Shown in pieces: positions 42,982 to 53,770 of a stretch of 64,000 bases of DNA (its first letter is position 1; every line of letters begins with the position of its first letter). Source of the stretch: Borreliella garinii (GTDB lineage: Bacteria > Spirochaetota > Spirochaetia > JABEVK01); the NCBI GenBank assembly GCA_020720765.1, contig DYOB01000001.1:45222-109221 (forward strand), in the 5' to 3' direction. The position numbers and the translations under genes are program-made. Under the pieces are notes generated by a model that made no database searches, had not been told where the DNA came from, and was given only the letters and a program-made list of their open reading frames with translations.

Positions 42982-44417
42982 TGCAGATACCAGAGACCTT
43001 AAGTTACGATGATGTTTTACTCGTACCCTCGTACGCCGATTTCCTTCCCACGGAGGCCGATGTACGTACTAGGGTGGCGGGTAATCTTTTCCTCAATGTC
43101 CCTGTATTATCAGCGGCCATGGATACTGTCACCGAAGACCAGCTGGCCATAGCGCTCGCACTCGAAGGCGGTGCAGGGATAATCCACCGTAACCTAAGCC
43201 CCGAGGTTCAGGCTGAACACGTGAGCAGGGTGAAACGCTACCTGAATTGGGTTATCGAAAACCCCATTGTCATTGAGAAAGGAAAGACAGTCGACGAGGT
43301 ATATAAGCTCATGGACCGCTATAAGGTTTCGGGCTTGCCGGTCGTCGATAAGGGGATCCTTGTCGGGATTATTACGGGGCGCGACATGCGGTTCTGCTCC
43401 GATTATTCCCAGCTTGTTGAAAATGTTATGACGCCTAATCCTGTTGTAGAAACCCCACCGGTAAGCATGAATACCGCCCAGGATAAATTCAACAAATATA
43501 AAATCGAGAAGCTTCCTGTTGTAGACGATCAAAAAAGGCTTATCGGCCTTATAACAGTTAAGGATATGGAAAAGCACCAGCAGTTTCCGCAAGCCTCGAC
43601 CGACGAGAATGGACGGTTGATAGTCGGGGCTGCAGTGTCTCCGCAGGACTACCAGAAAAGGCTTCCACTTTTAATGGAAAGCCGTGTCGACTTCATCGTT
43701 ATCGATACCGCGCACGGGGATAGCCTCAACGTGATGAAAACCATAGAAGCCATTAAAAAACAGTCAAAAGTCCTTATTATTGCAGGAAATGTTGCCACCG
43801 CCGAAGGCACGAGGCGGCTGATCGAGGCTGGAGCCGATGCGGTGAAGGTAGGAGTCGGCCCCGGTAGTATCTGCACGACACGTATCGTTGCGGGTATCGG
43901 TATGGCCCAGTTCAGCGCGGTATGGGAATGTTCGGAAGAAGGAGCAAAGCACAACATTCCCATCATAGCAGACGGCGGGATAAAGTTTTCCGGAGATATC
44001 ACTAAAGCGATAGGTGCGGGGGCTTCCACCGTGATGATAGGAAATCTTTTTGCAGGCTTAAAGGAAGCTCCAGGCCGAGAAATTATTTTCGAGGGCAGGT
44101 ACTTCAAGGAATATCGCGGTATGGGTTCGATCAGTGCTGTCAAAGACGGAGGAGGCGATAGGTACAATATGAACGTAGGATCTCCTGTGGTTCCCGAGGG
44201 AATCGAGGGGAGGGTTCCCTACAAGGGTGAACTTAAGAGCTTCCTCCACCAGCTTGTTATGGGGTTGAAAAAAGGCATGGGTTATACCGGATGCAAAACG
44301 ATTGACGAACTCAGGCTTTACAAAAAATTTGTGAAGATCACCTCTGCAGGTCTGAGGGAAAGCCACGCACACGACGTGACCATCACCCAAGAGTCCCCCA
44401 ACTATTCCAGGAATTAG
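42978..44417 (+). CDS. guaB: IMP dehydrogenase with CBS pair (start set at MMQIPE, ATGA overlap with purB stop; ORF opens at 42945)
   Basis: IMPDH active-site loop GVGPGSICTTR, CBS domains, C-terminal flap. Confidence 0.9.
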   Translation: MMQIPETLSYDDVLLVPSYADFLPTEADVRTRVAGNLFLNVPVLSAAMDTVTEDQLAIALALEGGAGIIHRNLSPEVQAEHVSRVKRYLNWVIENPIVIEKGKTVDEVYKLMDRYKVSGLPVVDKGILVGIITGRDMRFCSDYSQLVENVMTPNPVVETPPVSMNTAQDKFNKYKIEKLPVVDDQKRLIGLITVKDMEKHQQFPQASTDENGRLIVGAAVSPQDYQKRLPLLMESRVDFIVIDTAHGDSLNVMKTIEAIKKQSKVLIIAGNVATAEGTRRLIEAGADAVKVGVGPGSICTTRIVAGIGMAQFSAVWECSEEGAKHNIPIIADGGIKFSGDITKAIGAGASTVMIGNLFAGLKEAPGREIIFEGRYFKEYRGMGSISAVKDGGGDRYNMNVGSPVVPEGIEGRVPYKGELKSFLHQLVMGLKKGMGYTGCKTIDELRLYKKFVKITSAGLRESHAHDVTITQESPNYSRN

Positions 44418-44426
44418 GAGCTTAAA

Positions 44427-45650
44427 ATGAATATAGCAGTCGTCGGCGCCCAATGGGGTGATGAAGGTAAAGGGAAAATCGTGGATTTTCTGGCGGAGCA
44501 GGCTAAGGTCGTCGTAAGGTTCTCAGGAGGTGCCAACGCAGGGCACACGATCCAAGCAGGCGGGCAAACCTACAAACTCCACCTTGTCCCCTCCGGGATT
44601 ATCCACGAGGATAAACTCGCAGTCCTTGGAACGGGTATGGTCATTGACCCTGAGGCCCTTTTTGCAGAACTCGAAACCATCGAAAAACAGGGTGTCAAAT
44701 GGCAGGGGCGTATTTGGCTGTCTGACAGGGCGCATATAGTACTGCCGAGCTATAAGGCCATGGATAAGGCCATGGAAGCAAGAAGATTAAAACCCTTGGG
44801 TACGACGGGCCGAGGGATTGGTGTGAGTTACGCCATGAAAGCCCAGCGGGACGGCTTGAGGGCAGGTGATATTTTTACTCCTGTTTACGACACACTTCCA
44901 GCGGACGATAAAATATTTCTTGAACCTTTCAGGGAGAGACTAAAAACCCTTCTTGTTGACCTCCCCCATTTTCTCCGCGATTACGAATCTATGAACGTCC
45001 TTTTTGAGGGGGCCCAAGGGGTCTTACTCGACCTCGATTTAGGAACCTACCCTTATGTATCTTCGGGCAACAGCAGTGCCTCCGGTGCTTGTTCCGGAGG
45101 CGGTATAGGTCCAAGGCACCTGGATAAGGTCTACGGGGTCTTTAAGGCTTACAGTACAAGGGTTGGAAATGGTCCTTTCCCTTCCGAATTCCTTGATGAG
45201 CGGGACGGCAACCTGGGGCATCAGATCCGTGAGATAGGCAATGAATACGGTGTTACCACAGGTAGGCCGAGACGCTGCGGATACCTAGACTTGGTGGCTC
45301 TAAGGTACGCATGCTGGACCAATTCTTTTGATTCTTTAGTTCTCACCCACCCTGATGTCTACGACGGGTTCGATGAAATCTTTGTTTGTACAGCCTATAG
45401 GGTCAATGGCGAGGAATCGGATATTTTTCCGTCAACCGTTTATGGCTTGGAAAAAGCTGAACCCGTTCTTAAACGATTCCCGGGGTGGAAAAAATCTCTT
45501 GGGACCTGTACTTCTTTCGAAGGTCTCCCTGCCGAAGCTCTGGACTATGTGAAATTTATTGAAGAGTATACGCAGACACCCATCGAAGTTCTCAGTGTCG
45601 GTCCCGATCGTAACCAGACCTTTTTCAGGAAACAGCCTTGGATAAAATAG
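44427..45650 (+). CDS. purA: Adenylosuccinate synthetase
   Basis: N-terminal GAQWGDEGKGKIVD P-loop, GTTGRGIG motif. Confidence 0.95.
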   Translation: MNIAVVGAQWGDEGKGKIVDFLAEQAKVVVRFSGGANAGHTIQAGGQTYKLHLVPSGIIHEDKLAVLGTGMVIDPEALFAELETIEKQGVKWQGRIWLSDRAHIVLPSYKAMDKAMEARRLKPLGTTGRGIGVSYAMKAQRDGLRAGDIFTPVYDTLPADDKIFLEPFRERLKTLLVDLPHFLRDYESMNVLFEGAQGVLLDLDLGTYPYVSSGNSSASGACSGGGIGPRHLDKVYGVFKAYSTRVGNGPFPSEFLDERDGNLGHQIREIGNEYGVTTGRPRRCGYLDLVALRYACWTNSFDSLVLTHPDVYDGFDEIFVCTAYRVNGEESDIFPSTVYGLEKAEPVLKRFPGWKKSLGTCTSFEGLPAEALDYVKFIEEYTQTPIEVLSVGPDRNQTFFRKQPWIK

Positions 45651-47200
45651 TCATTCTGGACTTTGGGGGGCAGACTTGCCAACTGATTGGCAGGCGTCTT
45701 CGGGAGGGGGGGTATTATGCCGAAATCGTTCCCCACGATACCGAATTGACCCAGACCTTTTTAAGCTCTGTGAAAGGTGTGATCCTTTCAGGGTCCCCTT
45801 ACTCGGTCTATGAAAAAGAATCTCTCAAGGCCAGTATTTTATTTAAAGACTTGGAAGTTCCTGTGATGGGAATTTGTTATGGAATCCAGTGGCTCACCAC
45901 GGAAGACGGTGGACTGGTGGAAAGTATGCCCCAGAGGGAATACGGAAAGATGGAAGTCGCCTGCGCAGGACCAGCCTCAGGGCACTCACAAATGTTCTTA
46001 AAAGGTCTTCCGGAAAAGTGGGCGACTTGGATGAGCCACGGGGACAGTATCGTCAAACCTGGTTTGAATTGGGAGGTGATCGGGTGGAGTCAAAACCATC
46101 CGGCGGTTTTAACCCATAAAACCAAGCCTTGGTTCGGGGTTCAATTCCATCCCGAGATCAGCCACAGCGATTTTGGGAATCAGATTCTCTGGAACTTCGC
46201 CGAGATTTGTCAAATGAAAAAAGATTGGAACGCCCAGACTTTTATCAGACTCGAACAGGAGAAGGTTTTGAAGCAGGTTGGCAGTAAACCTGTTCTGCTC
46301 CTTATCAGCGGCGGCGTCGATTCCAGCGTTGCGGCAGCCCTGCTCTTAAAAACCCTGGACCCGGAAAAAGTTTTTCTGATGTATATCGATACCGGTCTTA
46401 TGCGGGAAAATGAAACTGCGGAAGTCGCTAATAATCTCAGGTCTCTCGGTGCCAAACATCTAACCCTGGTGGATGCAAGGGTGCGGTTTCTTGAAGCGCT
46501 CAAAGGGATAAGTGATCCCGAACTTAAACGAAAAACTATCGGTGATACCTTTATCCTTGTACAGGAGGAGGAGACCCGGAAATTAGGTTTAAGCGGGGAT
46601 GAACTTCTGGCCCAAGGCACCCTGTATACCGACCTGATAGAAAGCGGAAGGGGCGTGGGGAAGAAGGCCCACGTCATAAAAACCCACCACAACGTCTCAA
46701 GCCCCCTTGTGGAAGCTAAACGCAAGTCGGGCATGATCGTCGAGCCTTTATCCATGCTTTACAAAGATGAGGTCAGGGATATGGGGAGGTCGTTGGGACT
46801 TTCACCCTCTCTAGTGGATCGACACCCCTTTCCAGGGCCGGGTCTCGGGGTAAGAATTTTGGGAGAAATAACGGAACAAAAACTCTCTATCCTTCGCAGA
46901 GCTGACGCAATTTTTATTCAGGAGCTGAGAAACCGGAATCTCTACAAGGATATCTGGCAGGCCTTCTGTGTACTGCTCTCCGTTCAGAGTGTAGGAGTAA
47001 CAGGAGACGCACGAAAATACGGGTACGTCCTGGCTATTCGGGCGGTGACTTCCCTCGACGGGATGAGTGCGGACGTTTATACCTTTCCCATGAAAGACTT
47101 GCTTGAAATTTCGACATTGATAGTCAATTCTGTCACAGAAATCGGCAGGGTGGTTTATGATACGACTTCCAAGCCGCCGGCAACCATCGAATGGGAATAA
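45638..47200 (+). CDS. guaA: GMP synthase (glutamine-hydrolysing)
   Basis: GATase domain (ILDFGGQ, GICYG catalytic Cys), PP-loop SGGVDSSV, C-terminal dimerisation domain. Confidence 0.9.
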   Translation: MDKIVILDFGGQTCQLIGRRLREGGYYAEIVPHDTELTQTFLSSVKGVILSGSPYSVYEKESLKASILFKDLEVPVMGICYGIQWLTTEDGGLVESMPQREYGKMEVACAGPASGHSQMFLKGLPEKWATWMSHGDSIVKPGLNWEVIGWSQNHPAVLTHKTKPWFGVQFHPEISHSDFGNQILWNFAEICQMKKDWNAQTFIRLEQEKVLKQVGSKPVLLLISGGVDSSVAAALLLKTLDPEKVFLMYIDTGLMRENETAEVANNLRSLGAKHLTLVDARVRFLEALKGISDPELKRKTIGDTFILVQEEETRKLGLSGDELLAQGTLYTDLIESGRGVGKKAHVIKTHHNVSSPLVEAKRKSGMIVEPLSMLYKDEVRDMGRSLGLSPSLVDRHPFPGPGLGVRILGEITEQKLSILRRADAIFIQELRNRNLYKDIWQAFCVLLSVQSVGVTGDARKYGYVLAIRAVTSLDGMSADVYTFPMKDLLEISTLIVNSVTEIGRVVYDTTSKPPATIEWE

Positions 47201-47202
47201 AA

Positions 47203-48291
47203 CTAGAGCTCTGTTATTTCTTCTAATACTTCTTCAGCCAGGCTTTCCTGAATACCGGCTTTTTTAAATAAAGGAAATGCATGGTTTTTTATCCATTCTT
47301 TTCGGGTTACTTCTGGTGTAAGTGCCGAGATGAAGGATAGAAGGGAGGTTCTCACGATATCACGATCGGACCAATTGCCCTGAGAAAAAATAAGGTTATA
47401 TTCCATGGAAAGGTTTGTCAGACTGACAAGGCGGTTATCTGTATTTAAAGTGACCCTGATACCCTGTTTGAGATAGTTCCTGAATGGGTAGGTTTCAAGT
47501 GTTTTCCAGGCCCCTGTCTGGAAATTGGATGAAGGGCACATTTCGAGACAGACTCTTCGTTTTAGTATTTCCTTGGTCAGTATTCCAGGTGAGCCATTCG
47601 ACCATTCTTCAATGAGCCTTGTCCCGTGCCCTAGTCTCCCTGCCCCCATAAGGAGGGCATCGCCTATGGATGAAGGACCTCCGTCTTCACCCGCATGGAT
47701 GGTGATGGGTATTTTTAACTGTCTTGCTTCGGAGAAAACCCTGGAAAACCTGGAGGGTGGAAAATTCCCTTCAGGACCAGCTAGGTCGATTGCCACGACA
47801 CCTTTTAAATGAAACCGTTGAAAGAGTTCAAGGGCAAGGTCTCCGTTGTCCCTGTGTCTCATCATGCACAGAATAAGACCCCAATGCGTACCAGTAACCT
47901 TTTCACCCTGTGCCAGCCCTTCGAGAACAGCACCTACGGCGTCAGAACCCGACATACCACCTTCGAGGTGAAGCTCGGGGGCGAACCGTACCTCTCCGTA
48001 GAGGATACCCTGGCTATGCCAATCGAGGATAGTTTCTTCCGCTGCACGTTTAAGGTATTCAGGCTTTTGAAGCAACGAGACGGTAAGGTTGAAAATGCTC
48101 AGATACTCGTTAAGACTGCCCCCTCGCTTTTCGAGGATCCAGTCCTGAAGGGTTGCTTCATTATAAAAAGGAAGAGGGAGATTTTCTGATTTTGCGGTCT
48201 CAAAAAGAAACGCCGGTCTTAGGCTCCCGTCAAGGTGTTCATGTAGCTCGGCCTTCGGTAAGTTGCGAAAAAAGGATAAATCCTGGGTCAT
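47203..48291 (-). CDS. add: Adenosine deaminase
   Basis: Metal-binding HEHLDGS, ITIHAGE, SLNTDN-like motifs. Confidence 0.85.
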   Translation of the reverse strand: MTQDLSFFRNLPKAELHEHLDGSLRPAFLFETAKSENLPLPFYNEATLQDWILEKRGGSLNEYLSIFNLTVSLLQKPEYLKRAAEETILDWHSQGILYGEVRFAPELHLEGGMSGSDAVGAVLEGLAQGEKVTGTHWGLILCMMRHRDNGDLALELFQRFHLKGVVAIDLAGPEGNFPPSRFSRVFSEARQLKIPITIHAGEDGGPSSIGDALLMGAGRLGHGTRLIEEWSNGSPGILTKEILKRRVCLEMCPSSNFQTGAWKTLETYPFRNYLKQGIRVTLNTDNRLVSLTNLSMEYNLIFSQGNWSDRDIVRTSLLSFISALTPEVTRKEWIKNHAFPLFKKAGIQESLAEEVLEEITEL

Positions 48292-48307
48292 TACAGTATT
48301 TTATACT

Positions 48308-49441
48308 ATGCAGGGCAAGAAATCCAGATATAATACGTTTATGGACCTGCATAAAGGAATTCTTAAATCCCTCGGTTTACCTGAACTGGATTATCATAAT
48401 TCGTTCAACCACTTTGATTTTACCATCCCTGAAAGAAGAATTCTCGTCGTTGGTCCAATGGGGAGCGGAAAAACAGAATTCAGCGCTAAGGTTTGGAGGG
48501 ATGCCCAGGTGCTCCAGCATAAATCCAAACATTTCTCCCAGCGTACAAGTGAAGGGGTTGTTGATAGGCGGCATGTATTTTTTGTCAGGTCCCAGCTCGA
48601 TAAGAAACGTTTTCCTGGTTATCCACCCGATGCCCTAGCTTTCCGAAGCGGTTATGAAAAGCTTGGTGAACAAATTGCCTCGGTTTCGGATACTTGGGAA
48701 CTCGAGGGTCTTATCGAGGCGCAAAAAAAATTCGGGACTTGGATCATTGACGAAGCAAGTTTTTATGAGGAAAGGATAGCGTATTTAATCCAGCGATTAG
48801 GAGAGAGTAAACACCTTACATTTATACTGCCGACACTGATCTTAAATTTTAGGAATGAAATATTTAATCAGACGGCAAGACTCCTTCTGGATGTATCGAC
48901 CGATATATTTCCTTTGACCGCTTATTGCGAACACCCTGACTGCGCAGACGACGCCTGTTTTACTTACCGATATTATCTTATGGGGGACCAGGAGATTCCT
49001 GCCCCATATTTTGATCCGTTGATTATCGTAGGAGGCGACACCCGGCACCACGACGGAAGGGAACCCAATTACGAGACCCGTTGCGGAAGACATCATTTTC
49101 TACCTGCGAAGGAATACACTTTCCTGGTTCTCAAACCCCTCGCCGAACTTTACAGAAGGGGAAAAGAGAGAGAACTTATCCAGGAACTGACAGCGCTGTC
49201 TCTCACTCCGGTGGAAAGCCTTCTAGGCACAGAAATACGTAAGGAAGGCGAGCAGTCCTTACCGCTTATTGGGTTGCCGGTACTTGCGGAAAGAGCCTTG
49301 GTTTACCTCTGCGCTGAATCCCACCTTATGAGTTTTTCAGAAGCTGTGAAACTCTGCAGGAACCTGGACCTCGACGAGGTGTATTTCCGGAGCCGAATTC
49401 ATGATCAACACGGCTACCAGAACGAAAAGGAGAGAAAATGA
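48308..49441 (+). CDS. Thymidine-kinase-family P-loop protein with about 170-aa C-terminal extension (ORF opens at TTG 48263; ATG 48308)
   Basis: P-loop VVGPMGSGKTE (TK: GPMFSGKT), IDEASF (TK: IDEAQF), Cys cluster CEHPDC...C...RCGRHH resembling TK zinc ribbon; salvage-gene neighbourhood (add, deoC). Confidence 0.55.
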   Translation: MQGKKSRYNTFMDLHKGILKSLGLPELDYHNSFNHFDFTIPERRILVVGPMGSGKTEFSAKVWRDAQVLQHKSKHFSQRTSEGVVDRRHVFFVRSQLDKKRFPGYPPDALAFRSGYEKLGEQIASVSDTWELEGLIEAQKKFGTWIIDEASFYEERIAYLIQRLGESKHLTFILPTLILNFRNEIFNQTARLLLDVSTDIFPLTAYCEHPDCADDACFTYRYYLMGDQEIPAPYFDPLIIVGGDTRHHDGREPNYETRCGRHHFLPAKEYTFLVLKPLAELYRRGKERELIQELTALSLTPVESLLGTEIRKEGEQSLPLIGLPVLAERALVYLCAESHLMSFSEAVKLCRNLDLDEVYFRSRIHDQHGYQNEKERK

Positions 49442-50109
49442 CCCCAAAAGACCTTGCACAAAAAATTGATCACACCCTGCTGAAACCCGAGGCAAGTCAA
49501 AAGGATATAGAGAAACTCTGCGATGAAGCGGTGACCCATGGGTTTTGGTCCGTGTGCATACAACCGTTTTGGGTTAAATACGCACGTGAGTATTTGGGGA
49601 AATCACCTGTAAAGATTTGTACGGTTATTGGATTTCCACATGGCCAAAATATTTCTGCTGTAAAAGCCTTTGAAGCCACTCAGGCCATTCTTGACGGTGC
49701 CGATGAACTAGATATGGTTATTAATGTTGGAGCTGTGAAATCGGGATTCTGGGATAGGGTCGAAGAAGATATCGGCGGCGTCGTGAAGTCGACAGATGGA
49801 AAATTAGTTAAGGTGATCCTGGAAACATGTTTATTGACAAATGAAGAAATTCAACTCGCCTGCGGTTGTGCCGAAAGAGCGGGTGCCGGTTTTGTAAAAA
49901 CCTCGACAGGGTTCTCCGGTCCCGGAGCGACAATCGAAGCGGTCAAGCTAATGCGTGCCAGCGTACCTTCGGGTATGATGGTAAAAGCCAGCGGAGGAAT
50001 TCGCGATAAGGAGACAGCGCTCGCCATGTTGGAAGCCGGAGCCCAGCGGCTCGGTATGAGTGCGGGTATAGCAGTGCTGAAGGGTTTAAGTTCAGAGTCG
50101 GATTATTAG
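49438..50109 (+). CDS. deoC: Deoxyribose-phosphate aldolase
   Basis: Schiff-base lysine context GAGFVKTSTGF, 223 aa. Confidence 0.85.
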   Translation: MTPKDLAQKIDHTLLKPEASQKDIEKLCDEAVTHGFWSVCIQPFWVKYAREYLGKSPVKICTVIGFPHGQNISAVKAFEATQAILDGADELDMVINVGAVKSGFWDRVEEDIGGVVKSTDGKLVKVILETCLLTNEEIQLACGCAERAGAGFVKTSTGFSGPGATIEAVKLMRASVPSGMMVKASGGIRDKETALAMLEAGAQRLGMSAGIAVLKGLSSESDY

Positions 50110-50118
50110 GAGTTGAAA

Positions 50119-51909
50119 ATGACCATTAGAAACCGTTTGGTTCTTAACATATTGATTGTCATCATATCCCTTGGTCTGGTACTTGGACTAAGCTCTTTGT
50201 TTCTGATGAACATTTCTGATGCTGGTAAGGCGAACGACAAAGCTCTTCATGATTACCAAAGCGGCACGGCCATACTGCAGAACAGCGCCTCGACGCAAAT
50301 AGCCTTTCTGGATCTTTTTTCTTTGTATATTCAGAGACGAACACCCGAAGAACTTGTAGGAGTCAGAAAAGTTTTAACTGAGAACCAGAGCCTCCTGACA
50401 CAAAGTGTTGAGGCTCTTAACGTCGGACTTCTGGACAATACCTTTCAATTTCCCATTCGAGAAGTTCTGGGAGCCTACGGGGATTATCATTCATGGCTCA
50501 GTCAACTTCTTCTCAGACTGGATTCGAACACTGATTTGGAATCACTTTATCTGCTTTCAAAAAACCTCACAAACAGATTCTATGTGTTGCAGAATAAAAT
50601 TCGAAATTTACAAAACTCACTCGAAGTCACTGCGGCGAAGGCATCCCAGAAAATCACTGATTCCAGTGACGCTGCACGAAAGACCATCTTGTTTATCAGC
50701 ATTTTTTCTATTTCAGGAATCACGGCATTTCTCCTTTTTACACGAAGGCGAATCCTCAAGTCCCTCCAGGTTTTCTTTCAGGGTTTCGACCAAGCGGCTT
50801 CCGGAAACTTAAAAGTAAAAATCAATTTGCACACAAACGACGAGATTTCCCAACTTGCCAGAAGGTTTGAAACATTCCTGGAAAAACTAGAAGATCTTGC
50901 AGGGGTTATGCGTGTTTCTACACGAAAGACCGTTGAACATGGACAACTCCTTGTCGCTTCTTCCCAGGAGAGCGGGGCTACCCTTGAAGAAATTACAAGG
51001 AACGCCGAAGGGCTGAAAAAACAGACGGAACGTCTGGATAGGGCAGTCTCTTCTGCAAAAAAGAGCAGTGACTCGGTTAGCGAGCAGGTAAAAAAAACCG
51101 AGGCGAGCATGCATTCCCAAAATACTTTCCTTTTTGCTTCGACCGAATCGGCACACAAAATCAGCGCAAGTATTAAAGAGGTTTCACGGCAGACTAAGGT
51201 GATGCTCGAAACAGTTCAGGAACTTCAGGAAAGTACGCGGGAAGGCGACAAGAATATCTCTTCCGCTCTTGCTACTATCAACAAAACCTCCGACAGCGCC
51301 CAGATTATTTTCGACCTGCTAACCGTCATCAATGACATCGCTGAAAGAACGAATATGCTGGCTATGAATGCAGCTATCGAAGCGGCCCACGCAGGGACCA
51401 CCGGGAAAGGATTTGCTGTAGTTGCCGCAGAAATCCGAAAGCTGGCTGAATCGAGTGCAAGCAACGCCAAGAACATAGAATTTAGCCTCAAAGGGGTTCT
51501 TGAAGACATTAGAAACAGCCGTGATGCGGCAATGAGAACGGGTTCCATCTTTGAAAGTATCTTCGTGAAAGTGTACGGGGTCGGTGAAAAGATGGAGGCG
51601 GAGCGCAAAGCAGTTCAAGACCTCACCATTGATATCTACCAGGTGGAAAAAAACCTGGACCAGCTGGTAAAAAATTCCCAAGAGGTGAATCTTGCGTCGA
51701 AAGAAATCGATGAAAGTATTTTTACCATCGACAAGACCCTTTCAGAAGTTGTACAAATCTCCTCCGAGACTAAAATTGGCATGGATGAAATCAATAATGC
51801 TGTGCGTGACATCCTCCACGCGGTAAAAGAAATCCACAGCGTCGGACTTATCAGCAGCGATAATGCAAAGGTATCGGAGGAAGCGCTAAAAAGCATCAGC
51901 TCCGAATAA
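50119..51909 (+). CDS. Methyl-accepting chemotaxis protein (start at ATG after GGAG RBS; ORF opens at TTG 50113)
   Basis: N-terminal TM, second TM, HAMP, and highly conserved MA signalling domain ([38 protein letters not shown]). Confidence 0.9.
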   Translation: MTIRNRLVLNILIVIISLGLVLGLSSLFLMNISDAGKANDKALHDYQSGTAILQNSASTQIAFLDLFSLYIQRRTPEELVGVRKVLTENQSLLTQSVEALNVGLLDNTFQFPIREVLGAYGDYHSWLSQLLLRLDSNTDLESLYLLSKNLTNRFYVLQNKIRNLQNSLEVTAAKASQKITDSSDAARKTILFISIFSISGITAFLLFTRRRILKSLQVFFQGFDQAASGNLKVKINLHTNDEISQLARRFETFLEKLEDLAGVMRVSTRKTVEHGQLLVASSQESGATLEEITRNAEGLKKQTERLDRAVSSAKKSSDSVSEQVKKTEASMHSQNTFLFASTESAHKISASIKEVSRQTKVMLETVQELQESTREGDKNISSALATINKTSDSAQIIFDLLTVINDIAERTNMLAMNAAIEAAHAGTTGKGFAVVAAEIRKLAESSASNAKNIEFSLKGVLEDIRNSRDAAMRTGSIFESIFVKVYGVGEKMEAERKAVQDLTIDIYQVEKNLDQLVKNSQEVNLASKEIDESIFTIDKTLSEVVQISSETKIGMDEINNAVRDILHAVKEIHSVGLISSDNAKVSEEALKSISSE

Positions 51910-53452
51910 ATTTCTTGAGGATGGAACGGGCTTCGGGTATTTTTAGAACAACCGTGAAAAAAAAGTAGGTAGTAAAAAACACAGTGGTGCCAATCGCTAT
52001 TCTGATGACGCTATCCCATTTTCCTTCAATATAAATAGGCAGCAGTTGTCGTATGAGTTCCGCAATAAAACTCGAAACCAGACCAGCGGTAAGCAAAAGG
52101 GAAAAATCTTTTGCGATGTTGGTAGCGGCTAGCCGTAACTCTGGTTTCTTTATCAGAAAACCTAGTAACATAAGCGCCTGAAAAGTCCACCCAGCCGTTC
52201 GGCCCGCAGAAAGAGAGGCGATTCCCAAACTTGACAAGGTCCATTGGGTTACTGCAATAGTGAGAAGAACGCCTAGAATTGCAGCGACGAGGGGGAAAAT
52301 ACTTTTACGCACCGCATAGTAAAACCTTACGAGAAGGACTGTCATATTAAAAAATAAAGCACCTGGTGCCAGCCAGAGAAGAGTTGTAGCGGTTAAAGAG
52401 ACATCAGCCGGTGTGAACCTCAGATAGCCTACGAGAAGGTCGGGTGTTTCAAACCTTAACACACCGGGAAGGAAGCACGCTGGAATAGCAAGAAAGACGA
52501 GAAGCCTGAGCTTATCCCTGAGCGTATTCCCAAGTTCAACCCAGTCGGAGTTATTGAAGGATTTGATAAAAAGAGGGAAGGCTGTAGTGGCAATGCTCGC
52601 CGCAACAAGGCCGTGTGAAACGAGGGCTAAATTTTCTGCATTATCGTAGATCAGCAGGGACCCTAGAGCAAGAAAGCTCCCCAGACTGACAAGCGCTACC
52701 CGTGCTGACTGCTCTGCTGCGAGGGCTCCAACCCTTGGTATCGCGTTCAGGAGAAGGTCTTTTAACTCTTTCGTCCAAACAGGTAGAACGGGCTTCCATC
52801 TCCAGCCATTGCGGATGGAGCCCAAACCCATAAACGATGCGTGGGTGAGTGCTCCAAGTACGACTCCCCAGCTGACCCCGTGGATTCCCCACCATTGGCT
52901 GAATACCGCTAGCCCGACAATGATCCCGGCGTTGTAGGAAAGCATGGCGAATGAGTAGGATTTGTAGGTCTGGAGTGCGTTGAGGTGGCTACCAAAAACT
53001 GAAGAGACCGTCATCAGTAGAACTTGGAGGAGAAGAATTCTTGTAAGATCTGTGGCAACTTTCCTGAGGCTTTCATCCTGCCAACCTTGGAGAAGGACAT
53101 TGTCCACGAGCCAAGGGGCGGTAAAAAACATGACGAGGAGAATGATCGAAAGTACGATAAGAAAAAGATTGATAAAACCGGAAACCGCCCGGTTGAGTTC
53201 TTCCCTGTCCTCGAGCCTTTTCATAAAATACGGGATCAGTACGACAGCTGTCATCCCGGAAATCACAAGTGTGAAAACAATATCGGGTATTTTAAAAGCC
53301 GCAGTGTAGGCGTCGGCTAATCCTTCCCCGTTTGTAGCACCGTAGAAGGCACTAAGCAAGGAACTCCTTAAAAGGCCTAAGATTCTGGAGAAAAATGTTG
53401 CAACCGCGACGAGTAGAGTGGACTGTAGGAATTTCTTAGAATGATCAGACAC
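51896..53452 (-). CDS. murJ: Lipid II flippase MurJ (MviN)
   Basis: MOP-superfamily MurJ N-terminus ([20 protein letters not shown]), 14 predicted TM segments, about 520 aa. Confidence 0.85.
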   Translation of the reverse strand: MSDHSKKFLQSTLLVAVATFFSRILGLLRSSLLSAFYGATNGEGLADAYTAAFKIPDIVFTLVISGMTAVVLIPYFMKRLEDREELNRAVSGFINLFLIVLSIILLVMFFTAPWLVDNVLLQGWQDESLRKVATDLTRILLLQVLLMTVSSVFGSHLNALQTYKSYSFAMLSYNAGIIVGLAVFSQWWGIHGVSWGVVLGALTHASFMGLGSIRNGWRWKPVLPVWTKELKDLLLNAIPRVGALAAEQSARVALVSLGSFLALGSLLIYDNAENLALVSHGLVAASIATTAFPLFIKSFNNSDWVELGNTLRDKLRLLVFLAIPACFLPGVLRFETPDLLVGYLRFTPADVSLTATTLLWLAPGALFFNMTVLLVRFYYAVRKSIFPLVAAILGVLLTIAVTQWTLSSLGIASLSAGRTAGWTFQALMLLGFLIKKPELRLAATNIAKDFSLLLTAGLVSSFIAELIRQLLPIYIEGKWDSVIRIAIGTTVFFTTYFFFTVVLKIPEARSILKKFIRS

Positions 53453-53557
53453 ATATCTTTCTACCCTTTAGGGCTTTTTCGGTCAAGAAGGGTAAATTGA
53501 AGTCCTTTGTCTTGACGGATATCTCGACTCTGGTTCATATTGTGAGGCGGAGGAACT

Positions 53558-53770
53558 ATGGAAAACCTTATAAAAGGTCTTATTGTTTCAGGACTCGGAA
53601 TCTTCTGGGTCTATTCTTTTCTGATTATCATGATACTTTCGATGAAAGTCTTTTCATTCGCCGTTAATAAGGTCCTAAAATTGAAAGAAAAAAATAACCA
53701 GCTCTCCTCAAAACCCGCAGTCGCTGCAGCAGCTTGGTCCCTCCACCACCATAAGGAAACACAGGAATGA
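53558..53770 (+). CDS. oadG: Oxaloacetate decarboxylase gamma subunit
   Basis: 70-aa single-TM protein immediately upstream of and overlapping oadA (ATGA). Confidence 0.65.
   Translation: MENLIKGLIVSGLGIFWVYSFLIIMILSMKVFSFAVNKVLKLKEKNNQLSSKPAVAAAAWSLHHHKETQE

Noticed and set aside
45697-45706. G7 homopolymer inside guaA
   Set aside because: In-frame coding (REGGYYAE) in an essential gene. Not regulatory.
53453-53557. Consensus promoter for oadGAB in the murJ/oadG divergent region (TTGACG...)
   Set aside because: No acceptably spaced -10 hexamer following the -35-like TTGACG. Left unannotated.
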